Assembly: GCA_913757435.1 (NCBI GenBank)
Contig: CAJYDM010000007.1
Span: 10,647 to 74,646, forward strand
Source: Syntrophomonas sp. DTU019
GTDB taxonomy: Bacteria; Bacillota; Syntrophomonadia; Syntrophomonadales; Syntrophomonadaceae
Direction: 5' to 3'
Length of the DNA stretch: 64,000 nt
The translations under genes were made by a program, and so were the position numbers. Under the pieces are notes generated by a model. The model ran no database searches, was not told where the DNA came from, and was given only the letters and a program-made list of their open reading frames with translations. Positions 18,404 to 28,869 of the stretch are shown one piece after another. Every line of letters starts with the position of its first letter. The first letter of the stretch is position 1.

Positions 18404-19219
18404 ATGAACCGCTGGACCTGGCAACAATTACATGACCTGGAGTATGTGACCGTGCCGTCCTGGCAGGAACAGGGAGCCCAAATGGTATTCACCGCCCGCA
18501 GCGGCGGCGGCAGTCGTCCGCCTTATCATAGTCTCAACCTGGGCTTGCATGTTGGCGATGTTGATGAGGTTGTGCTTGAAAACCGCCGGCGGATGATGAA
18601 GATCTTTGAAGCCGGGCTGGAGGATATGGTTTCCTGCCAGCAGGTGCATGGCAATGCGGTGGGGGTGGTCAAAGCAGAGCAGCGCGGCCAGGGGGCAATG
18701 AGCGACCAGACTAGCATCACCGGCTTAGATGGGATGATCACCGATCAGCCCGGTCTGATATTGGCCACCTTTTATGCTGACTGCATCCCGTTATTGTTTT
18801 TTGATCCGGCGCGGCAGGTGGTGGCTACAGCTCACAGCGGCTGGAAAGGCACCTATTTGCGCATCGCTGAAAAAACCGTTGCCGCCATGGTCAAGAAAAT
18901 GGGCTCTTGCCTGGAAAATATACAGGTCTTTGTCGGTCCCGGTATCGGGGCTTGCTGTTATCGCATCCAGTCTGAGCTGTTATACAAAGTTATAGATGGA
19001 TTTAGTGATTTTAGTGATATAATTTATGAGGACGAAGTGGGCTATACTTGGGATCTTAAAGCTACCAACGAACAGATCCTGATGGGGGCGGGGATCCCCG
19101 CGGATAATATCATCACCTGCCCCCTGTGCACGGCCTGTGATGCCGGACGCTTTTTCTCCTATCGCCGCGATGGAGGCGTGACCGGTCGCATGGGTGCAGC
19201 CATAGCTTTGAGAAAATAG
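18404..19219 (+). CDS. pgeF: Peptidoglycan editing factor PgeF / YlmD (laccase-domain protein)
   Basis: Family motifs QVHGN, ADC.P..F, ATAHSGWKGT and CTAC...FFSYRRDG. Confidence 0.85.
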   Translation: MNRWTWQQLHDLEYVTVPSWQEQGAQMVFTARSGGGSRPPYHSLNLGLHVGDVDEVVLENRRRMMKIFEAGLEDMVSCQQVHGNAVGVVKAEQRGQGAMSDQTSITGLDGMITDQPGLILATFYADCIPLLFFDPARQVVATAHSGWKGTYLRIAEKTVAAMVKKMGSCLENIQVFVGPGIGACCYRIQSELLYKVIDGFSDFSDIIYEDEVGYTWDLKATNEQILMGAGIPADNIITCPLCTACDAGRFFSYRRDGGVTGRMGAAIALRK

Positions 19220-19227
19220 GAGTTGCT

Positions 19228-19953
19228 ATGCAAAACACCAAGATTCTGGTTGTCGATGACGAAACCTATATAGTGGAGCTGGTCAAGTTCAACCTGGAGA
19301 AGGAAGGCTACCGGGTGGTTTTAGCTTACGATGGCCTCAGCGCATTGCAGATGGTGAAAAGTGAGCAGCCCGACCTGATCATTTTAGATATTATGCTTCC
19401 CAATATGGATGGACTGGAAGTGTGCCGCACCCTCAAGCTGAACCCTGAGTACAACAGCATTCCCATAATCATGCTGACCGCCAAAGGCGAGGAGTTCGAC
19501 ACCGTGCTGGGTTTGGAAATGGGTGCCGACGATTATATCAAGAAACCCTTCAGTCCCCGCGAGATGATCGCCCGGGTCAAAGCCCGCTTGCGCGCTTTAA
19601 GGATCCTGCAGGATGAGAAGGCCATGGGCGAAAAGGTCTATGTATATAAGGACCTCCTGGTGATACCGGAGAAATATGAAGCCTTCATGGGGGAGAAAAA
19701 ATTGGAACTCACCCCCAAAGAGTTTGAACTGTTATCATTGATGATATCCAATCAGGGTCGGGTCTTTACCCGTGAGGCCCTGTTGGAAAAAGTGTGGGGC
19801 TACGAGTATTCCGGGGATACCCGCACCGTAGACGTCCACATCCGTCATCTGCGCCAGAAGCTCAGCGACGATTCCAGCTACCCGGATTACATCGAGACGG
19901 TGCGTGGGGTCGGTTACCGCTTTACCGAGGACAAATCGTCTATTTCTATATAG
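19228..19953 (+). CDS. OmpR/PhoB-family response regulator
   Basis: REC (ILVVDDE...LIILDIMLPNMDG...MLTAKG) plus a winged-helix C-terminus (RTVDVHIRHLRQKL...IETVRGVGYRF). Confidence 0.9.
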   Translation: MQNTKILVVDDETYIVELVKFNLEKEGYRVVLAYDGLSALQMVKSEQPDLIILDIMLPNMDGLEVCRTLKLNPEYNSIPIIMLTAKGEEFDTVLGLEMGADDYIKKPFSPREMIARVKARLRALRILQDEKAMGEKVYVYKDLLVIPEKYEAFMGEKKLELTPKEFELLSLMISNQGRVFTREALLEKVWGYEYSGDTRTVDVHIRHLRQKLSDDSSYPDYIETVRGVGYRFTEDKSSISI

Positions 19954-19966
19954 AGGAATTGGTATC

Positions 19967-21010
19967 ATGTCTACGGCATTGAATCAGCCTAAAATCCAAG
20001 CGATTCTGACCAGCCTGGTGGAGGGGGTCATCATACTCGACCTGGATGGTCGGGTAATTGTGGCCAATCATGTCGCCGAGCGCATCTTTCATACTCCCCG
20101 GGGAGCCCTGGTGGGCAAAAATATGCAAGCCATCAGCCCAAACAACGGGGAGCTGGTGGCAATGGTAGATGAAGCCGTGTCAGGCGGAAAAGAGACCTTC
20201 GCTGAGACCATGCTCGGTACTCATAATCAGGTCTACCGGGTGGTGGTCCGGCCGGTCAAAGATGATTCGGGGCAGATGGAAGGCACGGTAGTGGTATTTC
20301 ACGACGTGACTGACATCCGCAATTTTGCGCAGGTGAGGTCGGAGTTTGCGGGCAATGTTTCCCATGAACTGCGCACCCCGCTGACTTCGATCAAGGGATT
20401 CGTGGAGACGCTCTTAGACGGGGCGATGGCTAATGCCGACACCTGTCGGCGCTTCCTCAACATCATCGATGCTGAGACTGACCGTTTAAGCCGGCTCATC
20501 GAAGACCTGCTGACACTGTCCTCCATCGAGTCCAAGGAGAAACTTATCTCACCCAAACCGGTCAACCTGGCTCAATCCATCCGCACGGTGATAAACATGC
20601 TGGGTCCGCAGATCAGTGAGAAGGACTTGATGGTCAAGTTCATTTACCCGCCCGATATGCCCTGTGTGCATGCTGACGAAGATCTGTTGGGGCAGGTATT
20701 GATCAACTTGTTGGATAATGCCATCAAATACACCCCTGTCCGCGGTGTGGTCACCATGCGCTGCCGGGAGCGTGAAAGCCGTATCGTGATAACCGTCACC
20801 GACACCGGGGTAGGAATCCCCGAGGAAAGCATCCCTCGGGTGTTCGAGCGCTTCTACCGGGTGGACAAGGCCCGCACCCGCAGTCAAGGCGGCACCGGGC
20901 TGGGGCTTTCCATAGTCAAGCACATTGTTGAGTCCCATGGCGGGCAGGTTTTTGTAAAGAGTGAAGTGGGCAAAGGCTCTACTTTCGGAGTCTGTTTCCT
21001 GACGGTTTAA
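19967..21010 (+). CDS. Cytoplasmic PAS-histidine kinase (PhoR-like core)
   Basis: ATG at 19967 (the ORF opens at 19904). PAS domain, H-box FAGNVSHELRTPLTSI, and N/G boxes LLDNAIKYTP, DTGVGIP and GGTGLGLSIVKHIV. Confidence 0.85.
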   Translation: MSTALNQPKIQAILTSLVEGVIILDLDGRVIVANHVAERIFHTPRGALVGKNMQAISPNNGELVAMVDEAVSGGKETFAETMLGTHNQVYRVVVRPVKDDSGQMEGTVVVFHDVTDIRNFAQVRSEFAGNVSHELRTPLTSIKGFVETLLDGAMANADTCRRFLNIIDAETDRLSRLIEDLLTLSSIESKEKLISPKPVNLAQSIRTVINMLGPQISEKDLMVKFIYPPDMPCVHADEDLLGQVLINLLDNAIKYTPVRGVVTMRCRERESRIVITVTDTGVGIPEESIPRVFERFYRVDKARTRSQGGTGLGLSIVKHIVESHGGQVFVKSEVGKGSTFGVCFLTV

Positions 21011-21041
21011 TAGTCCGTGATATACCGAGGAAGGGAGTGCG

Positions 21042-21722
21042 GTGGTGGGTATAGCAGAAAATATTAACCAAATTCAGCATAGAATCGCCCAGGCCGCGCA
21101 TCGCTCTGGACGCGATCCCTCAGCAATAACCCTGATCGCGGTCAGCAAGACCGTAGGACTGGAGGCGGTGGAAAAAGCCCTGGCCGCCGGGTTGAATCAT
21201 TTCGGTGAGAACCGTACTCAGGAATTGAAATATAAACATAGCCATTTTCCCGCAGTCTATTGGCATATGATCGGCAGGCTGCAGACCAACAAGGCCAAGG
21301 ATGTGGTCGGTAAGGCGGTTTTGATCCATTCCCTGGATCGCTGGTCTCTGGCTGAAGAATTAGATCGGCGCGGGGCTTTGCTGCAGACCCCGGTCCACAC
21401 CTTGCTGCAGGTCAGTCTGGCCGGGGAGGAGCAGAAAGCCGGAGTATTGACCACGGATATCGAGCAATTCTTACAGTCCGTAGGGCAGTTGAAGTGGCTC
21501 CAGATCAGGGGGCTGATGACCATGGCCCCTCTGTCGGAAGATTCCGAAAAATCTCGGCCATTCTTTAAAGAATTGCATGAAATATATCGATGCTATAAAC
21601 GTAGGACTTACCAGAATGTGGAGATGCACCACCTTTCCATGGGAATGTCTCAGGATTTCGAGGTTGCCATCGAGGAAGGGGCCACCATGATTCGGGTGGG
21701 TACTGCGCTGTTTGGGGAGTAA
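21042..21722 (+). CDS. yggS: YggS/YlmE-family pyridoxal-phosphate homeostasis protein
   Basis: LIAVSKT lysine motif, GENRTQEL and HMIGRLQTNK. Confidence 0.9.
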   Translation: MVGIAENINQIQHRIAQAAHRSGRDPSAITLIAVSKTVGLEAVEKALAAGLNHFGENRTQELKYKHSHFPAVYWHMIGRLQTNKAKDVVGKAVLIHSLDRWSLAEELDRRGALLQTPVHTLLQVSLAGEEQKAGVLTTDIEQFLQSVGQLKWLQIRGLMTMAPLSEDSEKSRPFFKELHEIYRCYKRRTYQNVEMHHLSMGMSQDFEVAIEEGATMIRVGTALFGE

Positions 21723-21757
21723 ATTTTGTGAGTAATCGGACGAAGGAGGCATTATAT

Positions 21758-22192
21758 ATGGGTAAAATGAACAAGTTGTGGAATTGGCTTGGCCTGGAGG
21801 CTGAGGAAGTCCGGGAAGAGATCATCGAAATGCCTGAAGTTGCCGAGGATAATCTGCGCAGTAGCAGCATATCTAATGTAGTGAGCATACATACCAACAA
21901 GACCATGAAAGTGGTAGTCTGTGAACCGGAGAGCTTTGATGAGGTGCAGGTATTGGCCGACCATCTGAAGAACCGCAAACAGGTGATCATGAATTTTGAG
22001 AATACCCCTAAGGAATTGTCGCAGCGCATCCTTGATTTTGTGAGCGGTACTACTTACGCCTTGGACGGCAACAGCCAGCAATTAGGCCAGCATGTATTCA
22101 TCTTCACCCCCAGCAATGTGGAGATTTCCAGGGATGCTCGCCTTATGATGCGCAAGCACGGCATGAGCAGCATTTTCGGGGGTGACAAATAG
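21758..22192 (+). CDS. sepF: Cell-division protein SepF
   Basis: ATG at 21758 after GAAGGAGG. VVCEPESFDEVQVLADHLKNRKQVIMNFE...ISRD matches the SepF core. Confidence 0.85.
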   Translation: MGKMNKLWNWLGLEAEEVREEIIEMPEVAEDNLRSSSISNVVSIHTNKTMKVVVCEPESFDEVQVLADHLKNRKQVIMNFENTPKELSQRILDFVSGTTYALDGNSQQLGQHVFIFTPSNVEISRDARLMMRKHGMSSIFGGDK

Positions 22193-22989
22193 TGCCCCAA
22201 AAACTAGCTATTATCGGCTGCGGCAAAATGGCTTATGCTATTATGAAGGGGCTGGATCGTCAGGCTTATGCGGCAGTATATTGCCATGATATTAACCCCG
22301 CCCGCAGCGCCTTATTTGAGACTGAGTTTCAAGCTACAGCCTGCTCGCTGTGTGAGACCATCGATGCCGCCGAAGTAATAATATTGGCAGTCAAACCCCA
22401 GCACATGCAGCAGGTGATGCAGACCAGTGACGGACGCTGGAACAAGGATAAGCTATTGATATCGGTTTTGGCCGGGGTCAAGACCGAATCTCTGGAAAAA
22501 GCTAGCGGCGGTCAAACCGCAGTGATCAGAGTAATGCCCAACACCCCCTGCCTGGTAGGTGAGGGGATATCAGCCCTTTGTCCGGGGAAACTGGCAACGC
22601 CGATACAGATGCAAATCGCGCGGGATATTTTTGCTCAATTGGGTTCTGCGGTAACAGTGGAAGAAAAACTGATGGACGCTGTCACTGCCGTATCGGGCAG
22701 TGGACCAGCTTATGTGTTCCTGGCAGTCGAAGCCATGATCAATGCCGCAGTCAATGTAGGCTTGGACGCGGTTTTATCGCGGGAATTGGTGATCGAGACC
22801 TTTAAAGGCAGCCTGGCCATGCTGGAAGCCGAGAACTTGCATCCAGCCATCTTGCGGGAACAGGTGTGTTCTCCAGGAGGAACTACCATCGCCGGGGTAC
22901 GGCAGTTGGAGGGCAATGGTCTGCGCAAAGCCTTTTTTGACGCTGTTGAAAAAGCTTACCAGCGCTCCATAGAGCTGGGCAATCAATAG
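22192..22989 (+). CDS. proC: Pyrroline-5-carboxylate reductase
   Basis: IGCGKMAYAI Rossmann motif, VMPNTPCLVGEG and SPGGTTIAG. Confidence 0.9.
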   Translation: MPQKLAIIGCGKMAYAIMKGLDRQAYAAVYCHDINPARSALFETEFQATACSLCETIDAAEVIILAVKPQHMQQVMQTSDGRWNKDKLLISVLAGVKTESLEKASGGQTAVIRVMPNTPCLVGEGISALCPGKLATPIQMQIARDIFAQLGSAVTVEEKLMDAVTAVSGSGPAYVFLAVEAMINAAVNVGLDAVLSRELVIETFKGSLAMLEAENLHPAILREQVCSPGGTTIAGVRQLEGNGLRKAFFDAVEKAYQRSIELGNQ

Positions 22990-23007
22990 AAGACGGGAGA
23001 GAACACT

Positions 23008-23277
23008 TTGTTTGGCATATTGATAGAAATCGTGAATATCGCCTGCAGCGTATTGATTTGGCTGGTTATTATACGCTGTATTTTATCATTCGTACCCCAT
23101 AATCCATATCAATCCATCATTCGTTTCATTTATGAGGTCACAGAACCGATCATGGCTCCCTTCCGGCGAATTGTACCACCGCTGGGAGCCCTGGATATAT
23201 CACCCATTGTGGTAGTTATTGCATTAGAATTGCTGCGCTGGGCATTGATACATACCTTATCGGCACTGAGGTTCTAA
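23008..23277 (+). CDS. yggT: YggT/YlmG-family membrane protein
   Basis: 89 aa with two TM segments and ...APFRRIVPPLGALDISPIV typical of YggT. Confidence 0.8.
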   Translation: MFGILIEIVNIACSVLIWLVIIRCILSFVPHNPYQSIIRFIYEVTEPIMAPFRRIVPPLGALDISPIVVVIALELLRWALIHTLSALRF

Positions 23278-23361
23278 AACAAGACGGGCGCCCAATACAG
23301 CTGCGCATAGCCGGTGGTCACCGGCTAAATGGCGTTTCTTAAAGGAGTGGAAGCTAATATC

Positions 23362-25245
23362 ATGCATGAACTGGAACTATTGGCCCCGGCCGGAAAATGG
23401 GATGTCTTAGAGGCAGTGGCCGAAGCAGGGGCTGACGCTGTATATTGCGGGGATAAGCGCTTCAATATGCGCATGCTCAGACCTGATTTTAACTTTACTC
23501 GTGAAGAACTACAAGATGCGGCCTCATACCTGCATCAGCAGGACAAGAAATTGTATGTAACGGTGAACAACCTGTACTGTGACCGGGAAATCGATGAACT
23601 GCGCAAATACCTGCAGTTTCTGCAGGATATCGGGGTCGACGGCATGATTGTTCAGGACCTGGCAGTGGTCGCCCTGGTTCAGGAGATGGGCCTTACCGTG
23701 CCTATGCATGCCAGTGTACAAATGGGTATCAGCAATGTGCAGGCGGTCAGATTCCTGGAGGAACAGGGGTTTGCCCGCGCGATTCTCTCCAACAGCCTTT
23801 CCCTGGCTGAAATCAAGGACATTCATTGCGGCAGTGACCTCACCCTGGAGTTTTTCGCCCATGGGGACATGTGCATCTCCCATACCGGGCAGTGCTACAT
23901 GAGCAGCTTTATCAGCGGGGCCAGCAGCAACCGCGGTCGCTGCGTCAAACCGTGCCGCTGGTTGTACCGCCTCAGCGGTACCAGCGCCGACCCGGAGGAG
24001 TATGCTTACCACATCACCCACAACGATCTCATGGTATACCCATACCTGCGTGAATTGGTGCAGGCCGGGGTATATTCCTTTAAGATAGAAGGCCGTATGC
24101 GTGAAGCCAGCTATCTGACCGGACTGATAGCTGTGTATCGCCAGGCCCTGGATCGGCTGAAACAGGATCCCAACGCCCAGCCTGACCAGACTGAAGAGCA
24201 GCACCTAGTCAACCGGCGCTTGCGCGACCTGAGCACAGGGAGCCTCCTGGAAAGGCCCAACCGCACCTCGATAGGGCTGGATGGTACCCGCGAGTTCTTC
24301 CGCCCCACTGAGTGTCGGCCTCTGTTGCGCCTCAAGGCTCAGGATTATGAGCTCAAATTGATGGTCGCTCCGGCACAACTATCCTTGCGGGTCAAGATCA
24401 CCAGCCTGGACCAGCTAATCGCTCTGCAGGGCAGCGGGGTCAAAGAAGTGATAGTGGGAATGGACACAATGCGCCAAGAGGGCACGCTTTGGAACCGTTA
24501 TCAGTTCAAAGTCTTGTTCGCCCAGGCAGCCGAACAAGGAATTGACATTTACCTGGAGACCCCCCGGATCGTCACCCAGGAAGATTTGGAGGGGCTGGAG
24601 GATAAACTGCGGCAATGGCAGGACTTTCCCTGGAAAGCAGCCATCGCCAATGATTTCGGGGCCTGGAAGCTGGCGCAACAGCTGGGCATGGAAATTGAAG
24701 CCGGCTACGGTTTGAACGTCACCAACTATGAGAACGCCAGCTGGCTGGTCAAATTGGGCGCTACCCGAGTGAACGCCTCTCTGGAAACCGATAAAGACAG
24801 CCTCACCGCCCTGGGACAGTTGGGCGAAAAAATGGAAGTGCTGGTGCAAGGTCCATTGTGTGGCATGATCAGCGACTACTGCATGGCCTGCAGCTGGAGT
24901 GATGATAAACTAGAAGGGTGTGCAATTCATTGCCTGGAACCGGATTATGGTCTGTGGGATGCCTGTGGGCAATTCTATCGCATCAGAACCGATTGGCAAT
25001 GCCGCAATCATATATATTTCCCCCATGAACTGGCCCTATTGACCCGCCTACCGGGGATGGCTGCGTCAGGCCTCAGGCGCTTGCGCATGGACGGTCAGTT
25101 CTATGCTCCGGAATTGTTGAGAAAGGTGACCGATATCTACCAGCAGGCCATAAATGACCTGGCCGAAGGGCAATGGGAGCAGGAAGACGCATTCGCCCAG
25201 TTGCTGGAACTTTTCCCGGCAGGCCTGACCGTCCGCCAATTATAA
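23362..25245 (+). CDS. Peptidase-U32-family protein (long form)
   Basis: ATG at 23362 after AAAGGAG. ELLAPAG...GADAVY start, E.F.HG..C.S.SG.C-type motif (EFFAHGDMCISHTGQCYMSSF) and FKIEGRM. Confidence 0.8.
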   Translation: MHELELLAPAGKWDVLEAVAEAGADAVYCGDKRFNMRMLRPDFNFTREELQDAASYLHQQDKKLYVTVNNLYCDREIDELRKYLQFLQDIGVDGMIVQDLAVVALVQEMGLTVPMHASVQMGISNVQAVRFLEEQGFARAILSNSLSLAEIKDIHCGSDLTLEFFAHGDMCISHTGQCYMSSFISGASSNRGRCVKPCRWLYRLSGTSADPEEYAYHITHNDLMVYPYLRELVQAGVYSFKIEGRMREASYLTGLIAVYRQALDRLKQDPNAQPDQTEEQHLVNRRLRDLSTGSLLERPNRTSIGLDGTREFFRPTECRPLLRLKAQDYELKLMVAPAQLSLRVKITSLDQLIALQGSGVKEVIVGMDTMRQEGTLWNRYQFKVLFAQAAEQGIDIYLETPRIVTQEDLEGLEDKLRQWQDFPWKAAIANDFGAWKLAQQLGMEIEAGYGLNVTNYENASWLVKLGATRVNASLETDKDSLTALGQLGEKMEVLVQGPLCGMISDYCMACSWSDDKLEGCAIHCLEPDYGLWDACGQFYRIRTDWQCRNHIYFPHELALLTRLPGMAASGLRRLRMDGQFYAPELLRKVTDIYQQAINDLAEGQWEQEDAFAQLLELFPAGLTVRQL

Positions 25246-25504
25246 GGGGGAGAGGGTGCCGGTTCTTTTAGTCACCGAAGCCTGCTTCCGTCCAGGTTAG
25301 CAGTGCGGCCATGGGTGCGGGGCGATTGAGCCAGGCCGCGGCATATTGTGGGTGGGAAGCCCACTAGTCACCAGGAGTACGGCTCTTTTGCCCCACCGCA
25401 GTATCCACATTTGTTCCCAAATAGTGGTAAAGATCCCTGCATATCCCGAAATATGACGGCATGTCCTGGAGTAGGATAATATCCTGAGATAGGAGGGCGG
25501 TTTG

Positions 25505-26002
25505 ATGATCACATCTATGGAAATACGCAACCAGCAGTTCCACAAGGTCATGCGCGGCCTCAAAGAAGAGGAGGTACGTAATTTCCTGTCCCAAATAGCG
25601 CAGGACTATGAGAAGCTTTTCGCCGAAAACGCCACCCTGCGTGATCAGATCCAAAAGCTGGAGTTCGAGATATCCAAATACCGCAAGATGGAAGAGACCA
25701 TGAACAACAGCCTCATCCTGGCACAGCAGACCGCCGAAGATCTGAAACAGAACGCTCGCCGCGAAGCTGCCCTGATGCTGAGCGAATCCAAACAGAAGAT
25801 CGCCCAGATGTTAAACATCTACCAGGATGTGATAAAGCGCCTTAATGTCTATAGTGCAGAACTCAAAGCCCAACTGGGCGGGCAGATGGAGATGTTGGAC
25901 AAGAGCCAGAAGCGCTTCGAGGAACTGGCCGAATTTTTCTACGGCAAAGACCTCAAAGAGGTCTTGGAAAGCCTGGAGGCTGTCAAAATGGAGGAAGTAT
26001 AG
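25505..26002 (+). CDS. divIVA: Cell-division/sporulation protein DivIVA
   Basis: ITSMEIRNQQFHKVMRGLKEEEVRNFL followed by coiled coil. Confidence 0.9.
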   Translation: MITSMEIRNQQFHKVMRGLKEEEVRNFLSQIAQDYEKLFAENATLRDQIQKLEFEISKYRKMEETMNNSLILAQQTAEDLKQNARREAALMLSESKQKIAQMLNIYQDVIKRLNVYSAELKAQLGGQMEMLDKSQKRFEELAEFFYGKDLKEVLESLEAVKMEEV

Positions 26003-26293
26003 GTGCTGAACATCAGTCACACCCGGGAAGGCCTGCGCCTGGAGGTTCTCGTCCAGCCGCGTTCCTCCAGAAACCAGATCGTGGGTGAGTTCCAGGGAGC
26101 CTTAAAGGTCAAACTAACCGCACCTCCGGTGGAGGGTGAAGCCAATCAAGCCTTATTGGCTTACCTGTCTCAGCACTTGAAGCTGGCCAAAAGCCAACTG
26201 CGTCTGGCCCGGGGGGAGTCCTCGCGCCACAAAAGCATTGTTATCAAAGGCCTCAGCCAGGAAGAACTCCTTACCCGACTGGGTATGAAATAA
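26003..26293 (+). CDS. DUF167 (YggU) family protein
   Basis: [18 protein letters not shown]...[18 protein letters not shown]... Confidence 0.8.
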   Translation: MLNISHTREGLRLEVLVQPRSSRNQIVGEFQGALKVKLTAPPVEGEANQALLAYLSQHLKLAKSQLRLARGESSRHKSIVIKGLSQEELLTRLGMK

Positions 26294-26592
26294 ATCCTGC
26301 GTTCCTTCATGCACTCATTCACCTCACAAGGCTCCAAATCGACCCATAATCCCCACTCGCATAACGCTAAAGTTGACATCTGTCCCTCACTCCCCAACCC
26401 TTGCTTCTAAAAGCAAATAAGAAAAGCGACATCGGTCAATAGAGAGTTTTGCATAACCAGCCTTTCTTGTATTGTCTAAAGTAATTATGATTGTCATCCT
26501 GAGGCGAAGCCGAAGGCTCTAAAGATTCCTCGCATACCATAAGAATGGCATAATTGGCATTTTCTAATTATGAGCAACACTCAATATTCTGC

Positions 26593-26622
26593 TTGTCAAA
26601 CACAGCAAGCCTATTCTATAAT
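26593..26622 (+). promoter_or_regulatory. Candidate sigma-A promoter of the rrf2-hcp cluster
   Basis: TTGTCA (26593-26598), an 18-nt spacer and TATAAT (26617-26622). Confidence 0.4.
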
Positions 26623-26680
26623 TTAAAACATAACAAACAGGATAAATATTATCCACATTACAAAAAGGGAGCCGACCGTC

Positions 26681-27091
26681 ATGCACATAACCAGACAGGC
26701 TGAATACGCCATCAAAATAATGCTGGAGCTGGCGAAAAATCCGGCTGGTTCCGTATTACCGAGTAAGCTCATCGCCGAACGCCAGGGAATTCCAGAGGAT
26801 TTCCTGAAGAAAACCGTACATCTGCTGGCCTTGCAGGGTCTGGTAGCCACTCAGCGTGGGGTGCAGGGCGGGGTACGGCTGGGCAAATCGGCCGGAGAGA
26901 TTACTATAGCGGATATAATCGCCGCGGTAGAAGGGCCTCTGGCTCTAAATGTCTGCCTGGAATCCGGCTTTGATTGCCCCAATAGATCCACCTGCCCGGT
27001 GCACCGCGTCCTTGCCAGAGGTCAGGCCGCTTTAATAAGGGAATTGAACCGTGAAAGCTTATTGGATTTATTGCAGCCTGACGCGGAATAA
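26681..27091 (+). CDS. Rrf2-family (NsrR/IscR-like) transcriptional regulator
   Basis: MHITRQAEYAIKIMLELA... HTH and three C-terminal Cys residues (CLESGFDCPNRSTC). Confidence 0.85.
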   Translation: MHITRQAEYAIKIMLELAKNPAGSVLPSKLIAERQGIPEDFLKKTVHLLALQGLVATQRGVQGGVRLGKSAGEITIADIIAAVEGPLALNVCLESGFDCPNRSTCPVHRVLARGQAALIRELNRESLLDLLQPDAE

Positions 27092-27155
27092 TGTCTATAT
27101 ATGCACAAAAGTGGACAATAAGACTCAACATAATCGATTAAAGGAGGATGACAGA

Positions 27156-28772
27156 ATGTTCTGTAATCAATGTGAACAGACCGCCAAAGGCGGTTGCACA
27201 GTCCAGGGGGTATGCGGCAAAAGTCCGGATGTAGCCGCCCTGCAGGATCTGTTGGGCCATGCCCTGCAGAGCCTGGCATCCGCGGTTGAAAAAGCGCGCA
27301 CTGCCGGAATTGACCTTAAAGAAGTGGACCATTATATCATGAAGGCTATGTTTAGCCTGTTGACCAATGTCACTTTTGATCCTGTACAAGTGACCGCATT
27401 GATCACCGCTGCTATGAGATACCGGGAAGACCTGCGAAATCAGCTCCAAGGGCGCGGTGTTGACCTTAGTGATATCATACCCTTCGAGCCGGCTCCAACC
27501 CTGAGCGAGATGGTGAAACAAGGTGAGGAAATGGGCCTCATCATCGACCGCCAGGCAGATGCGGACATCCAGTCCCTGCAAGAGATCGTACTCTATGGAC
27601 TGCGCGGAGTGGCCGCTTACGCTTACCATGCCCAGATATTGGGTGAGGAAAATCCTGAGGTTTATGCGTTTATGAGCAAGACCCTGGCAGCTTTAGGTCA
27701 GAGCCAGATGGAACTGGGGGAATGGGTGCAGCTGGCCATGGAATGCGGACGCATCAATCTTCTGGCCATGGAGGCCTTGGATCGCGGCAACACTGAGAAT
27801 TTTGGCCATCCTGTCCCCACTGAAGTTCCGCTGGGGCATAAGGCTGGCAAGTGCATTCTGGTTTCCGGACATGATCTCAAGGATTTGGAGGATCTGTTGA
27901 AAGCCACTGCAGATACTGGCATTATGGTCTACACCCATGGCGAAATGCTGCCAGCCCACGGCTATCCGGAGCTGAAGAAATATTCCCACCTGTACGGGCA
28001 TTACGGCACCGCCTGGCAGAATCAGAAAAAGGAATTCGACTTGTTTCCGGGCCCCATTTTGATGACTACCAACTGTTTGCAGGAACCGGCTGAAACTTAT
28101 AAAGCGCGCCTCTTCACCACCGGGCCGGTTGGCTGGCCGGGAGTGGCCCATTTGCCTAACGGGGTATTAGGGGATATTATCAGGGCCGCTGAGGCTGCAC
28201 CCGGATTCCCCTCCGATGAAGAAGGCAAAAAGGTCATGGTGGGCTTTGCCCGCAACACGGTGTTGAGCGTAGCCGACCAGGTGTTAAAGGCAGTGGCTGA
28301 CGGCCATCTGCGCCATATCTTCCTGGTGGGCGGATGTGACGGCTCCAAGGGCAAACGCAGCTATTACACCGATTTCGTAGCCCAGACCCCGCCCGATACC
28401 CTGGTCTTGACCTTGGGATGCGGCAAATTCCGTTTCTTTGATCAGGAGTTGGGCAGCATCGGCGGCATCCCGCGCCTCCTCGATGTAGGGCAGTGCAATG
28501 ACGCTTATTCTGCCATACAGATTGCGGTTGCCCTGGCTGAGGCTCTGAATTGCGGGGTTAATGACCTGCCCTTGTCACTGGTGTTGTCCTGGTACGAGCA
28601 AAAGGCGGTATCGATACTGTTGACCTTGTTGTACCTGGGCATTAAGGATATCCGCCTGGGGCCCAGCCTGCCCAACTTCATCAGCCCCAATGTTCTAGGG
28701 GTTTTGGTGGAAAATTTCGGCATCAAAGCGGTGGGCGATCCGCAAGAGGATCTGCAGGCCATTTTAGGATAA
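27156..28772 (+). CDS. hcp: Hybrid-cluster protein (hydroxylamine/NO reductase) Hcp
   Basis: ATG at 27156 after AAGGAGG. N-terminal MFCNQCEQTAKGGCT...GVCGK cluster motif. Size and sequence match Hcp. Confidence 0.9.
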   Translation: MFCNQCEQTAKGGCTVQGVCGKSPDVAALQDLLGHALQSLASAVEKARTAGIDLKEVDHYIMKAMFSLLTNVTFDPVQVTALITAAMRYREDLRNQLQGRGVDLSDIIPFEPAPTLSEMVKQGEEMGLIIDRQADADIQSLQEIVLYGLRGVAAYAYHAQILGEENPEVYAFMSKTLAALGQSQMELGEWVQLAMECGRINLLAMEALDRGNTENFGHPVPTEVPLGHKAGKCILVSGHDLKDLEDLLKATADTGIMVYTHGEMLPAHGYPELKKYSHLYGHYGTAWQNQKKEFDLFPGPILMTTNCLQEPAETYKARLFTTGPVGWPGVAHLPNGVLGDIIRAAEAAPGFPSDEEGKKVMVGFARNTVLSVADQVLKAVADGHLRHIFLVGGCDGSKGKRSYYTDFVAQTPPDTLVLTLGCGKFRFFDQELGSIGGIPRLLDVGQCNDAYSAIQIAVALAEALNCGVNDLPLSLVLSWYEQKAVSILLTLLYLGIKDIRLGPSLPNFISPNVLGVLVENFGIKAVGDPQEDLQAILG

Positions 28773-28836
28773 TAAGCGAAATCAGGATTGGCCGCGGCTG
28801 ATCAACCCGGGGCCAAATTCAATATAATTCTTCCCG

Positions 28837-28869
28837 CCGGGGCGCAACTTTCGCCCCGGGGGCTTTTTC
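28837..28869 (+). terminator. Intrinsic terminator after hcp
   Basis: CCGGGGCG (28837-44) pairs with CGCCCCGG (28852-59), followed by GGGCTTTTT. Confidence 0.7.
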
